The notes: generated from the letters alone by a model not told the origin. A DNA stretch of 63,997 nucleotides, filler included, from Elsinoe ampelina (GCA_010093995.1; 4 parts of 3 records of this genome joined end to end with filler, not necessarily neighbours in it), one strand, 5' to 3'; positions 35,233 through 47,521 are shown, counted from the first letter of the whole stretch. Made by a program: numbers and translations.

Positions 35233-35531
35233 ATGGCCGAACACACCTACGACTTTGACATCGCCATGAGCTGTGGCGGCTGCTCCGGCGCCGTGGAGCG
35301 CGTGCTCAAGAAACTCGACGGTATGCCTGCCTCTTCTCCCATGTCCCCGTCCAGACCAACCAGCTGACCAATCGCCCAGGCGTCAAGACCTACGAAGTCT
35401 CCCTCGAGAAGCAGACCGCCCACATTGTCGCCGAGGACTCGCTCGACTACGCCACTGTGCTGGAGAAGATCAAGAAGACGGGAAAGCAAGTCAAGAGCGG
35501 GTCGGCGGATGGAGTGCCGCAGTCTGTTTGA
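35233..35531 (+). CDS. ATX1: Copper chaperone Atx1 (HMA domain); not in the ORF track
   Basis: Spliced MAEHTYDFDIAMSCGGCSGAVERVLKKLD|GVKTYEVSLEKQ...IKKTGKQV contains the MxCxxC and KKTGK motifs. Confidence 0.96.
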
Positions 35532-35682
35532 GGGGACCACCGGCGGTGCCCTGGAGGACAAGAGCGTCGAGGGCGGTCAGGGAGAGAGATTGTGCATTGG
35601 GTAGGGAGTCAGAGGGTAGCGCAAGATATCCATACAATTCATACTATTTACAACCACCTACGCCTTGTGCCACGCTCTGGGA

Positions 35683-37059
35683 TTAGAACCTCGCCTCGAC
35701 TTTCTGCTCTGTATCTTGCAGAGCCCAGTCATTTCGGGCCTTCTTGCTCCTCGCCTTGTCGACCTGGGACTTTGTGAAGCCCTTTGCTTCTGTCGCTGGA
35801 TTGTAGCCTAATCCATTCTTCCGGCCTACCTCGTCGTTGCTGACGCTTTGCGCCTCTTTGCCGTCCGCCCGCTTGTATACGGTTACGACGACCGCACCTC
35901 CAAGCCCGAGGTTGTGTTGCAGACACGCCTTGGTTCCCTTAACCAGCCGATTGTTGGCCCAGCCTCTGAGGTGCCAGACGAGTTCCGCGCATTGAGCCAG
36001 ACCTGTAGCGCCGAGAGGGTGGCCTTTCGAGATGAGCCCGCCACTGGGGTTGATCACGTACTTTCCCCCGTAGGTGATATCGCCGTTCCGTACCAGCTCA
36101 TGTGCCTTCCCCTTCTCGCTCAGTCCCAAAGCATCGATGACGATCATCTCGTTCGCCGAGAAGCAATCGTGCAGCTCCACCACACTAACGTCCTTGACCG
36201 TCACCTTCGCCTCATCCAACGCCGTCTTTGCCGCAATCTGATTCATCCCATACCCCATGAGATCAATACTGCTCTTGCTGAACAAACTCGGCTGATCCGT
36301 CGCCAAACACTGGCCTGCAATCAACACCGCCTGCTCCTTCAAATGCGGCCTCGCATCCAAGAACGCCTGACTGACCACCACCACCGCGGCGCCCCCATCA
36401 CTCGTCGGACAACACTGCAACTTCGTCAACGGCGCATGAATCATCGGACTCTTGAGCACCTGATCCAACGTATACTCGTCCGTAAACTGACTGTACGGAT
36501 TCCTTTTACTATGCTCATGATTCACCCTCGCAATCTCGGCAAAATCCTCCTCCTTGGCCCCATACTTCTCAATATACTCCCTCCCCGCGTTGCCAAACAT
36601 CTGCGCCGCACCAGGGGCATTCGTGATGCCTCTCGTCTCCTTCATCATCTGCGCCGTCGTCCCCGTCGGGTTCGCCCTGTCGTTGAAGAAACTCTGCAGG
36701 CTGCCGGGGAACATTTTCTCGAACCCCACCACCAGCGAGCAGTCGGACATGCCGCTCGAGACGAACTTGCGGGCGATGGCGAGGCCGGTGCTGCCCGTCG
36801 AGCAATTGTTGTTGACGTTGAAGATGGGGATGGATGTCATGCCGAATTGGTAGAAGACTCGTTGCCCGCATGTGCTGTCGCCGTAGCAGTAGCAGGCGAT
36901 GCCGTGGTCGACGTCGTCGTAGTTGATTTGGGCGTCTAGGAGGGCTTTGATGCCGGCTTCGAACCCGAGTTCGGTGTAGTCGATTTTGCCCCGGGGTTTG
37001 ACGAATTTGGTCATGCCTACGCCGAGGACGTAGGCGGGGGCGGAGGTCTTGGGTGCCAT
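35683..37059 (-). CDS. SCP2-type thiolase (nonspecific lipid-transfer protein / SCP-X thiolase), probably peroxisomal
   Basis: NVNNNCSTGS, LQCCPTSDG, VELHDCFSANE, NPSGGLISKGHPLGATG and QHNLGLGG; C-terminal ARF (PTS1-like). Likely start is MAPKTS. Confidence 0.94.
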   Translation of the reverse strand: MAPKTSAPAYVLGVGMTKFVKPRGKIDYTELGFEAGIKALLDAQINYDDVDHGIACYCYGDSTCGQRVFYQFGMTSIPIFNVNNNCSTGSTGLAIARKFVSSGMSDCSLVVGFEKMFPGSLQSFFNDRANPTGTTAQMMKETRGITNAPGAAQMFGNAGREYIEKYGAKEEDFAEIARVNHEHSKRNPYSQFTDEYTLDQVLKSPMIHAPLTKLQCCPTSDGGAAVVVVSQAFLDARPHLKEQAVLIAGQCLATDQPSLFSKSSIDLMGYGMNQIAAKTALDEAKVTVKDVSVVELHDCFSANEMIVIDALGLSEKGKAHELVRNGDITYGGKYVINPSGGLISKGHPLGATGLAQCAELVWHLRGWANNRLVKGTKACLQHNLGLGGAVVVTVYKRADGKEAQSVSNDEVGRKNGLGYNPATEAKGFTKSQVDKARSKKARNDWALQDTEQKVEARF

Positions 37060-37626
37060 GGTGGTGCGAGGTCTGTGATCAGGAGTTGGATTGGGAAACC
37101 TGGTAGATGAAGAGTGGGAGTATTGTAGAGATGGACAGCTCCCCATGGGGATCACCTCCGCGGTCAGGGATGCGGGGGCGGATCAAGCTCATTCCCGCTT
37201 TACCGAGGGATGGGGTGGGATGAGTGATACGGCACACTGTGAAAAGTGCAGAGTTGTGCAAGACTATGCAGGGAGATATGCATGGCATAGAAGAGCTGCG
37301 CGATGTTCATCTTTCTTCGCTGTCCGATCCAACATGTCACTTGCGAATCCACCAAAGGACGGAAACATGACGGGTGAGTCAAGCATCATTTCGGATCACC
37401 ATCAAAGATAAGAAGCGTGTCTGCAATGACTGTGATCATGACGGTCGTCTATCAAACACTAGGTCTAGATTCTAGTGAGAGTATATCATCCTCCTGGTGT
37501 AGTGTATGTGTATCGACTTTTTCCCTTCCGAATGCCATGCAAGTAGCAGCCATATCCCATCTCAAACGCCTGCATCCCAACGCTCGAACGCAGCAAAATC
37601 AACGATCACCTGCCATAGTGGAGTAT

Positions 37627-38256
37627 TCAGGCCATCATCTTTCCGTCCATCTTTTGCCTCTCCCGCTCCAACGCAAAGACCTTCCTGCTCATCTCCAATA
37701 CCGACTCAAATCCCTCTCGTCCTTTAATCGCGTTCTGCCTGAAGCGATCGACTGTGAACTCCTCGATACTGTTCTTGATCTTCTGCCATCCTCCGCATAA
37801 CGCGATGATTTTGGCGTGTTGATCAAACACCGTCTTGCCATTTGGGTTCTCAGGACACGGACGATAGACGACCGTCTCCCGTACTGATAGCAGGTCGGAC
37901 CAGGTCATGTTCATGCTGCACATTGTGACCTTCTTCGCCTTCGGATCGACATAGGATGTCTCGTAGACGTGTGATACTTCTTTGCCGCCGAGGAACGAGT
38001 TGAGCCAGGCTGGTGCCGATTGCTTGCAAGTGATGAGTCGTTCAGTTCGGAGCTGGATAGACTGTCAGATATGCCGCTATCATATTTAATAAGCTCAACC
38101 TACAATTCCTGTATTCGGATCCACATGCCGATTTAATGTGTCCACCGCGATAACATGTGTGCTCTTATCATTCCATGGCGAATACTTCTGCCAATTCGCT
38201 GTCGAAACAAAGTCCCATGAGTAGTTGAACTCATGCTGTGACGCGAAAATCTTCAT
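37627..38256 (-). CDS. UPS2: PRELI/MSF1 mitochondrial lipid-transfer protein
   Basis: MKIFASQHEFNYSWDFVSTANWQKYSPWNDKSTHVIAVDTL...GI|LRTERLITCKQSAP...FRQNAIKGREGFESVL; one intron. Confidence 0.92.
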
Positions 38257-39923
38257 CGCTAATTTGCTGGTCGTGTGAGGGTCGATATCGAGCCCGGGTG
38301 AAGTCGTAAGAACTTTTCCAGAGCACGCGAGTGAATCAGGATCGGACGTTGAACGAACGTTGATTTATAGACTGAAGGCTGGACTCGCTGGATAAAGATC
38401 GTGAGTCGTGAAACAGCGCTGATAGAGAGTGTCGAAAGACAGAACTGACTGGTTGAAGTTGAGGCGGAAGAAATTCGCCATGGAGCGTGTCGAAATGGGT
38501 GAAGGGATCTCCGCCTTCGGGATCTGGAAGCAAATCTATTGGATGCAATCGCCAGATTTCCTTGGCCACCACGCTTTGGATCCGATCCGGCCCGAGCGCA
38601 TCTGGGCGTTTCGCGAACCATTTGTGGTTTCTGTTTCTTGACATGTGATGGTCAAAGGTCGTGTGCTTCCATACCAACCACGCGTCGCGACTCAAAACAC
38701 GCACCGAGTCATCTAGGATATCCACCAAGACGTGTCGGTATCTTCGCGTTCGCTCTGATTACTCTCGGATGCTATGCCAACAACCAAACATATTCAGGTC
38801 TGCAGCTGAGCGTCACAGTGGAGACATTTGCGAGTAATCAAAACAATGGAAGCAAGTATATGAACCAGCGTAGGTACAGTTTGGAACCCACCAAATGCAT
38901 GCAAAGGAGATCTTGTTCTTTTCATTCAATACAATACCTACCAGAACACACCTAAATAACCTCTCTGCGCGTCCATACCATGGTTTCTCAAAAGCTGTTG
39001 CTCTTCTCGCGCTATCTCAAGCTGGTACAAGCTCGACAACATGGTCAAGACAGGTCAGGACTTGGTCACTCTCAGCGGTAAGTCATCCGACGAAGCAGAC
39101 GGTACGTTCCTGATATCGTTCAGGAGGTTCTACCTACAACTACACAACCCGACGCTTGGTTAAAGCTTGCCATGAATCAGACACCGTCATTGAGGCAAAT
39201 GCAGGGTTGGTTCGTACACTATCACAACCGGTAACATATACTGAACATGCCAGTGATTCCGTCACGAGTGATACGGCTTGGTGCTCAAGTATTGGCGTCG
39301 GTCTTCTCAAGACCAGAGAGATTGAACATACTCAAGGCATTGTGAACGAAATGACCATGGAATGACATGAGGAACACATGAAAGATAGAAACCCGAAACG
39401 TGGATATACGACTTACAGGTAGATGATCATACATTAACGATGAACATGAATGAGGTCAAATTTTGGAGCTGAGCACCGTCTGCCAGCATTTCCGTACCCT
39501 CCACAGTCGCGGTTCAACGCAATTGGGACTGACCGTCTTGTTAAAAGTGCCCCAAAACGGCCCCGCGCAATGGTGAAAAAGCCCTGCAAAGTTCCAAAGT
39601 GTTCGACACTGACTCTCCCCTCTTACCTCCCACGGTTACTTGACGTGAGAAATGCACAATCATCACGTCTGCCAATTCCTACATGTCTTGCAGAACGGAA
39701 GACAATTCTCTCCGACTCTCAAAAAACCTCGGACTCCGGGACCTGACAGACCTCCGTCTTTGCATGAGCTCCATCTTTCCATCGTCACGGGCGAGGAGTG
39801 ATGATGCAAGAATGCTGCAAGCAGACGCCTGTCCCGTTCATCCTCCATTGCTCTTTGGACATGATTGACAGGCAAACGACTATTGATTAATAGGTCAAGT
39901 ACCTTTCGCATCCATAAGTACTC

Positions 39924-40655
39924 ATGTCTTCCTCAAGAATCGCCCGTCGCATCCTCCGTTCCAACCTCCCAATTTGCACAAGAACAGCTCCAAGTACCAG
40001 ACACATCTCCCACAGAACCTTCACCACCACCCGCACCTTCAACATGCCCGGAGACGTCAAAGACATCGGTCCAGACGCCGATCCCTCGGTCGTCAAGCAA
40101 TACGACCGCGACACCCCAACAGACAAGCAAATCAGCGACTTCTTCGGCCTGGCCGACTCCCTCAAAACATGCCTCATGACCACGCAACGCCCCAACATCG
40201 GCCCCGTCTCCCGCGCCATGGCCATCGCCAAACGTGACGGACCGGACTTCCTCTTCCTCGCCAACCGCAACAGCAGCAAATTCAAAGACCTCGACCACGA
40301 CAAGACGGTCCAGCTCACATTCCAGGACAGCTCGAGCCAGAACTGGGCCAGCGTCACAGGCAAAGCCACGACCACCAGCAACTCGGACCCGAGGATCAAG
40401 GAGCTCAACAACCCTTTCGCGTCGGCGTGGTTCGGCGATCTCGGCGATGGAGTGCATACGGGCAAGACGGAAGACCCGAGGATGTCGTTGATTGAGGTCA
40501 AGGCGGATTATATTACTTATTGGATCAGTACGAGCACCAAGCTGGGGTTCCTCAAGGAGATTGCAGAGGCGAATTTGACGGGCAAGGTGGCTACTACGGG
40601 GCTTACGAGGGAGCTGAAGGGGAGTGAGATTGAGCAGGCGAGGAAGCAGAAGTGA
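39924..40655 (+). CDS. bli-3: Bli-3-like FMN-binding split-barrel (pyridoxamine-phosphate-oxidase-like / general stress) protein
   Basis: CLMTT...PVSRAMA, FLFLAN..S.K, WASVTGKA, AWFGDLGDGVHTG..EDPR and GKVA..G..REL. Possible mitochondrial presequence. Confidence 0.85.
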   Translation: MSSSRIARRILRSNLPICTRTAPSTRHISHRTFTTTRTFNMPGDVKDIGPDADPSVVKQYDRDTPTDKQISDFFGLADSLKTCLMTTQRPNIGPVSRAMAIAKRDGPDFLFLANRNSSKFKDLDHDKTVQLTFQDSSSQNWASVTGKATTTSNSDPRIKELNNPFASAWFGDLGDGVHTGKTEDPRMSLIEVKADYITYWISTSTKLGFLKEIAEANLTGKVATTGLTRELKGSEIEQARKQK

Positions 40656-40919
40656 CTAGGTCATGGGGAGGAGGGTGTGGTAGGGAAGGCCAAGGGGTGG
40701 GTGGCGAGTAAGTTGTGAGAGCTAAAATCAGCCTGTAGCAATAATACAAGGTCCAGAAGGGCTATGACCATAGTTCTGATTGTTTCAACCTTCTATTGCG
40801 GTTATCTGCCAGGCTCTACGCGCTGTGTTGCTCCCGGTCTACTAGACTACAGGTCCTCCTTGCTGGGTCATGCAATTTTCGTTCCGTCAAAGTGGCCCCT
40901 ACAGCCTCTGCTTCTCCAG

Positions 40920-41757
40920 TCATGAGTAGTAATGTGACATCTCCAAGCCAGCTCTCTTGAAGCCGCACTTGACGTAGAATCCCTCATTCGCTTCCGAACA
41001 GTCCAGTATGCTCTGTACCATGTCAGCTATCAGGTTTCTCTTCACGACGGGCAGATCACTGACCTTGTAGCACCCGACCTTCTCTGCCACATAGTCTAGC
41101 GCTTGTATTATCCTCAACCCGAGCTTCTTCCCTTGTTGGTCCTTGGCGACTGCAATATCTTCAATGTGTCCTACGAGGCCGAGTTCGTGTATGCTGGGAG
41201 GTGATCAGTATCAGTCCCATCTTGATGTACACTCAGCAAGCATCTCTCCCGCTGCCCGCGGAAACTCTTCTGCACACCTCTCCCCTGCTCCTCCTGCACC
41301 TCCTGCTCCACCTCCATGCCCTCCCTACCTCAGCTTCCCTCTCCCCCACCCACGTCCTCCTGCTTGATTCCAAAATCAAACATCCTCCTCGTGTCCCTCC
41401 TAATCCCCCCCTGCTCACGCCCGACCCACCCTCCCAATTCTCCAAACCAAAGGAAAGAGCAACTTACAACTTCCTCTCGACAACCAACGCCCCCGTCCCC
41501 ACCACCTTCTCCTCCCCATCCAATATAACCAAAACATGATACCCCACCCCGCTCCCCGTCTGACTACTGCTCATCTCATCGAACCTCTTCCCGAATGCCT
41601 CCTCGCTGATGTCCCCCACCGTCGTCAGAACCCGGAGCACGTCGAGGAATCCCGTCGAGTAGTCGCTTTTTTGGAGGGGGCGGATTGTGTAGCCTTCTGG
41701 GAGGGCGGAGGAGACTTGGGGTGAGATGAGGGAGGGGGGGAAGAGGGGGGGAGACAT
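40920..41757 (-). CDS. GNA1: Glucosamine-6-phosphate N-acetyltransferase, 3 exons
   Basis: LPEGYTIRPL, FLDVLRVLTTVG, LVVERK|FIHELGLVGHIEDIAVAKDQQGKKLG and GCYK|SILDCSEANEGFYVKCG. Confidence 0.96.
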
Positions 41758-42175
41758 TTTCTTTGTCGAGTGGGCGGGGGTTGGAGGTAAGGCGGTGGTG
41801 GATGGGTGGGTGGTGGAATTGGAGGCGGATTCGGCAGGGGTGTATGAGGTGGATTGCGGGTTGTGTAATCGGTGTTTGTGGAAGTCGAGGAAGGAGTTGC
41901 AGAGCTGTTGAGGTTGACGGAGCTGTGTGTCGGTGAGATGGACAGCGTGCATGACAAAATTGTGGACCCTGGAGGCTTGCCCCGCTGCCCCTCCACCACC
42001 TCTCGACAGATAGTCCTGCGGCACGTTGCGATTGTGAGCCAGGCGTGTTTCATTGAGTAGCTATCAGACAAATGTCAAGGACGTCGGCGTGGCTAAGAGC
42101 AAGTTGGCTATGCACAACACGATGGGTTATGCTCGAAGGGCGTCTATTGATCATAATTCATAGCTATATACAAGC

Positions 42176-44322
42176 TTAGTACCCAAAGGCTTCAGTATGC
42201 AGGTAGATACCCTGCGCTCCTGTGCCTTTGTGTACCGCCCTCTCATCACTGAGCTGCACCATAGTATTTCGGACATCGTTGATCAGTCCTTGAGGACCGC
42301 AGGCCAAAACAGCACTCTCGCCCAATGCCTGCTCCAAAGACGTCCTCATAATATCCTTGAGCATGGGTCGTCCCGAGTACAGGTTGATCTCGGGATGCAG
42401 TAATGACATTTCCGTGGCTGGCTTCTTGACGTCGTCGAAACTACTCGAGTCGTCGCCACTGCCAGGCGCTTCGACGCCACAGCAGTTGCAAGTGCAGAGC
42501 GGCGCCGAAGTGTCGTTCTCGTCAATGTCGCCTCGGCAACAGCAGACTCGGTGTCCACGGGGCTGCTCCTCGATGATCTCGATGGTGGTCTTCTCATCCT
42601 TCCCTGAGACTGAAACATCCTCACTGATCGGAGCAGCACAAGGGGTGATCTCATCTTTTTCCTGAGGACCGACATGGAGGCTCTTCCGGAATGAAGCAAG
42701 CGTGGAGTTGTGTTTGGTTGTGAACTCATCGTCGCAAGTGACGTAAAGGCTAATGCTGACCTGAACATCCTTGCCAGAGAGTCGTACCTGCTTGGTGTCC
42801 TCAATGACTCTGCTGAGCTGTTGTCTGAACCATTCGAGTTGTTTGCCCGATTTGACGACCCAGACGTACTTGACATGCCTGGTCACGACTTGAGCTCCGG
42901 ATGTCCATCGATGAACGATATCGCGAAGAAGTGGCGTTGTAAACGTCGCACCAGTACTACCAGTGAACAAAACTACACTGTCGAATTGCTCGAGAGGTCG
43001 GACTCGTCCATACGGCCCCTCGATGGCTACGTGTTTCGTAGGCTTATATTCGGGATCGCGCTGTCGGATGCGTCTGTCGTGGAGCGACATGTAACGTACT
43101 GTCGCGCCATTTCGACGTTGCACGATGAATTCCATCTTGTCATCGCTCGGAATAGAAGAGATGGTGAATGGATGAGCCTGAAATGGCGCCAAGGCATGGC
43201 ACGACAGGAAGACGTGTTGACCAGGCCGCCACTTGCACGGTGGCTCAAACATTGTGATCTTCGTGCAGCCTCCCGGTAGTGTTTCGAATTGTGCTCTACT
43301 CCCCCAAAGATCGCGGTGACTACCCGATGCATCTGGCTGAGCATGGAATTTGAATAGGTTGTTGTAAAGGTAGTAGCCACCACGGAGGAGACGATCGAAG
43401 AAGAAGTAGCCGACACAAATCCAAACAAACACTCGATGTTGTTCCGGAATATGGAGGTAGATCAACGTGATCAGCGCGGTGAAGGAGACAATGTGCTGTA
43501 TCACAAAGATTTCGTATGCCCAGCCCCGGATCGGTGTCATGGAGCTGAACACGATCCATGCTAAAACAGCCCATGCCGCAATACCTCGTTGAGTGATCGG
43601 GTCGGATTTGACCTTGCGGGGAATGTACTTGTACCGATCCCAGTCAGAGAACCAGAAGCCCATATGAATGGTAGCCGAGATGAACAGCACCCGCGACACC
43701 CATCTGTGCAGCCAATTGATTCTCTCGTAGGAAGTGCCTGCGAGGGCACCAAGTATGTTCCGCTTCCCCGCCAGGAGAAAGATCAATGGTAATTGAGCCA
43801 CCGTGATATGCCCTGTCCGGTATCCAATATCTTGCCAGTCGAACCTGCTTCTTGTATTGTAACCATAGAAGGACAATACCAGTATCGTGACCAAATTCGC
43901 GAGGACCAGGCTGACCTTGCCAATGGTTGGAACTTGACCGATAGTCCGTGATGGTATATTGTAAGCGAATGCGGGCGCGTTGGAGACCTCTCGTAGTAAT
44001 GCTGTCGCGGACGCCATGCCGACTGCAAGGACAGACGTAGGCTTTGCTGGTGTCGAACTCGCTGAGCGTAATCTGAGCGCGTAAGTCTCTATTCCTGCTC
44101 ATGACCGACATACACTGCTTACCTCTGCCATCGCAAGAACTTTGTGTAGAGGTTGATCATGGTAAAGGCTCCGATGACTGCTCCCACGGCAGCCCAGTAC
44201 ATTTGTTGAAGGTAATCGTTGTCCGGTATGCCATCTCCACCACCAGATCCCATCCCGCTCATACCACTCATGCTGCTGGAGCTCGAAGAGCTGCCGCTCA
44301 TGGAGTGCCCGCTATGTGACAT
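42176..44322 (-). CDS. Ferric/cupric reductase (FRE/NOX-type flavocytochrome), 2 exons, Met/His/Ser-rich N-terminus
   Basis: Heme His motifs (WLHRW, TIHMG, IQHIV, YLHIP), FAD-binding WRPGQH and HPFTISS, NADPH-binding EGPYG and GSTGATF, CGP, and a C-terminal HTEAFGY. Intron at ~44072-44121. Confidence 0.95.
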
Positions 44323-44918
44323 GCTGGCGATTGAGCGACCCCTCTGCCGTTCAGTGGAGTTGATCGAAATAGAGACTCTTGTGGCGCAAGTAAAGATCAG
44401 AAATGAAGAACCACTCGTGGCGCTGACATTACCCTAGCGGCTTACCCACGAGGTCTGTGTAAAAAGCAGCACATGGCAGCGAGTTTCACCAAACCAACGG
44501 TACTCCGTTTGAGCCGCAGGATAATATCAAAGTTCCTTGTCCATGAGGGTCTCGGAGGTCTAGCGTGGCGGAAGTGGATTCGCTTTATTCTCGGCGGTGC
44601 CAAATTTGGCTGTTTTGGGAAGCTGGCGTTGAATTGAGCAAGTTTCCAAAGTCCTCGGACTCGACGACCAAAGACAATCACCGGCTCGGTGGCCACTCTG
44701 CCGGTCATCAGGGTAGCAATGTCTGACGAAAGCCACTCCTTTCAACCTCAATCTCACTTCTCATCACCAGCTGGAGGCAGAATAACTAGAGTCATCAACC
44801 TGCTTAGCCTGCAATAATTGCCGCCAAAGCCCTCACACCGAACGGTTGACTTCAGACAAAGCCCACAGGGCAAGCTGAACACGACAAGTCTGTCAAAACC
44901 ACAGCATTACCCTTCAAA

Positions 44919-45512
44919 ATGGAGCGAAGACATTCACAAGACTCCATGTCGATGGCCATGTACTTCACCACAGCACAAGATACGCCTCTCTGGTCGCAGA
45001 CTTGGACACCGACCTCGACTGGAGCGTACGCAGGCACATGCATCTTCTTAATTGTTCTTGCCATCATTTCGAGAGGACTCGCTGCTTTCAGACAACGATT
45101 GGAGGTCAAATGGCACGACGCAGCTATCAACCGCCGGTATATTGTCGTTGCTGGTGGTAGTAATGAAGGTCAGCTCAGCAATCAATTGAAGGAGGAAGGC
45201 GAGGGAGGTGTCCTGACTGCTCGGGGAATCGACGAGAATGTGCAAGTCATCAAGACCAAGGCAAGGTCACGGGAAGGCACTCCATGGAGAGTATCGACAG
45301 ATCTTCCGCGTGCTGGTATCTTCACTGTTCAGGCTGGAGTCGGCTATCTCCTGTGAGTACGCTCAAGTGCAAGAATGGTTCTTAAGCTAACATTCTATAG
45401 CATGTTGGCAGTTATGACATTCAACGTGGGATACTTCTTGTCGATACTGGTTGGTTTGTTCGTGGGTGAAGTTGCTCTTGGACGCTTTACCTCACACTAC
45501 GTTGAGCATTAG
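44919..45512 (+). CDS. Ctr-family copper transporter, 2 exons
   Basis: N-terminal MSMAMYF, TPLWS..WTP, YAGTCIFL, GYLL|MLAVMTFNVGYF (MxxxM), GLFVG (GxxxG) and a C-terminal His. Confidence 0.95.
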
Positions 45513-45944
45513 CGAGGGTGTAGACACTGGGCTCAAGCATGACTATAGAAATGACCAAATACCAATAATAACTACCACTCGTAACTTATCTGATGTGAGC
45601 TGATTGCACGCCTGGATCTTCCTGATCCAAGGGATCCACAGGCACAAACGACAATTGTGGGGTAAAACTCGCTCAAACTCCGCAAGCGCCTCCTGCTCAG
45701 ACCCCTTTTCGCCTATTTTCCGCCCAATTGCCCTGCATTGATCGACGAGCTTGGCCTCAGAAAATTGATGAAACGCTGGAATCCAGAAACACATCTGGCT
45801 CGCCTGCCGCGTTGGGCCGGCTACTGGTAATTTGAGGCGTTTGAATCACCGTGATGGTTTGTACAAAAGGAATGCTTTGCCCTCCCAATCGCGTGTCTGT
45901 AACACCACTATCTCCCCACCAATCCAACACCTCAACCAACAAAC

Positions 45945-46720
45945 ATGAAGCAATTCGCCGTTCTCGCGGGCCTGGCGCCCCTCGCTGCAGCTCACTGGGA
46001 GTTGGTTTATCCAGCACAGCGTCAAACTGGCAATGAAGACACCATGCCCTCATTCCCTTGTGGTGGTGTCGACACAGTCTCCAGCAACAGGACTCGCTTT
46101 CCAATCAGTGGCGCTCCGATCCAATTGAATATGGGGCACACAGAGTACAATGTGCAGGTCCTCATGGCTCTCGGAAACGAGCCAGGCAGCGCCTTCAACT
46201 ACGTCTTGGTGCCCACCTTCACCGAAGAAGGACCGGATAACTTCTGCATTGGCGCGGGCACTCTGCAATTCCCCGAAGGTCTCAACATCACAGACGGCAC
46301 CAATGCTACTATCCAAGTAGTCACCAACGGCGACAGTGGCGGAGGCCTTTATAACGTGAGACATATCAATGTGGCAACAAGCACCTCGCTGACATGACAC
46401 AGTGTGCCGACGTTACGTTCACCTCCACCCCTCTGACCACCGAAGAATATGGCCGCAACTGCCAGAACAGCACTGGTGTCGAGACTCGTCCCCTCGAAGG
46501 TGCCGCCCGCAATGCCAACGAAACCTCTTCGGGTCACAGCCACGGAGGCGACGACGATGATGACGACAGCAGCAGCGGATCAGCCAACTCTACCACCAAC
46601 AGCACTAGTTCCAGCGCCGGCTCCACCACCTCTTCCAGCAGCGGTCTTGCTTCGCAGGCTACTTTGGCTTCCTGGGGTATGGCTGCCATGGGTATTGCGG
46701 CTGGTGTCATGGCTCTGTAA
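45945..46720 (+). CDS. GPI-anchored Bim1/X325-like (LPMO-like His-brace) copper-binding protein, 2 exons
   Basis: The signal peptide ends AAA, leaving a mature His1 (HWELVYP..R). Also FPCGG, a second His in MGHTE, NATIQVVTNGD..GGLYN|CADVTF (intron 46356-46402), a Ser/Thr linker and a hydrophobic GPI signal. Confidence 0.88.
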
Positions 46721-47521
46721 GAGACAAGTGCTTTTCAGCGTGGTGCATAGCGATGAGATACTCCAACGGCGAATGAAAGGCCAAGTGGTCAACTCAAGCT
46801 CTCCCTCAAGCGTCTATTGTGAGCCTGCGGGTGCAATTGTCGAAGCGGTGTCTTTGCTGGTTGCACTACCAGGCAGGTATAGTGAGCCTCGAAAAGACTA
46901 CAATATTTCCTGGTGAGAACTAGACGCTGGTCCAGGCTTGAAGCAGCACTACAGGATCTTGCCAGAAGCTCCGCTGATTCAGCTGTTTGACACGACACAG
47001 TCGCTCTCAATTGAGCGTTTGCATCCGGAAGAGGACTTTCCGCGTGCCGACCGTGTTTTTTTGCAATTTGCCAGGGCTCGGATCTCTCAACCGAAGCCCT
47101 GAGCTTTTCATCGGACAGATTTTGGCCGCTTTGGTTAGGGCTACGGACTTGGCGGGTAAAGTTGTCCCACTTCCCCTTCACATGCCCTCTTCATGGTCAC
47201 TTTCATCAAGCCACCACGACAAAAGGTAGCATTCCGCGTTTCGTAATCGGTGACAAAACATGTGCTGCTTTCAAATCTGGGATTGACATGGCGTGTGCAA
47301 TTAGGGAAGTATTTGACACGGTAGGTTGATTAAAGCATCTGGCCCGGCTACACAGACATCAATACTCTGCATCGGCACTCCATCGGACTTCAGCAAGACA
47401 CTGATCACAAGTCTTACCACCGCAGCTTTCACCATTCACAAGTCCCCTCTGTCTGTCTCCTTTCTTCACTTGCATCTGATTCCTACCAACATCAGCACAC
47501 ACCCATACCATCACCACCACA

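Noticed and set aside
35848..36939. 363-aa plus-strand ORF (similarly 16197-17291, 21023-21934, 47326-48258)
   Set aside because: Shadow or alternate frames of well-supported GC-rich genes.
38980..39365. Possible small secreted-protein gene with one intron
   Set aside because: The start codon and the hydrophobic stretch are in different frames; no consistent model could be supported.
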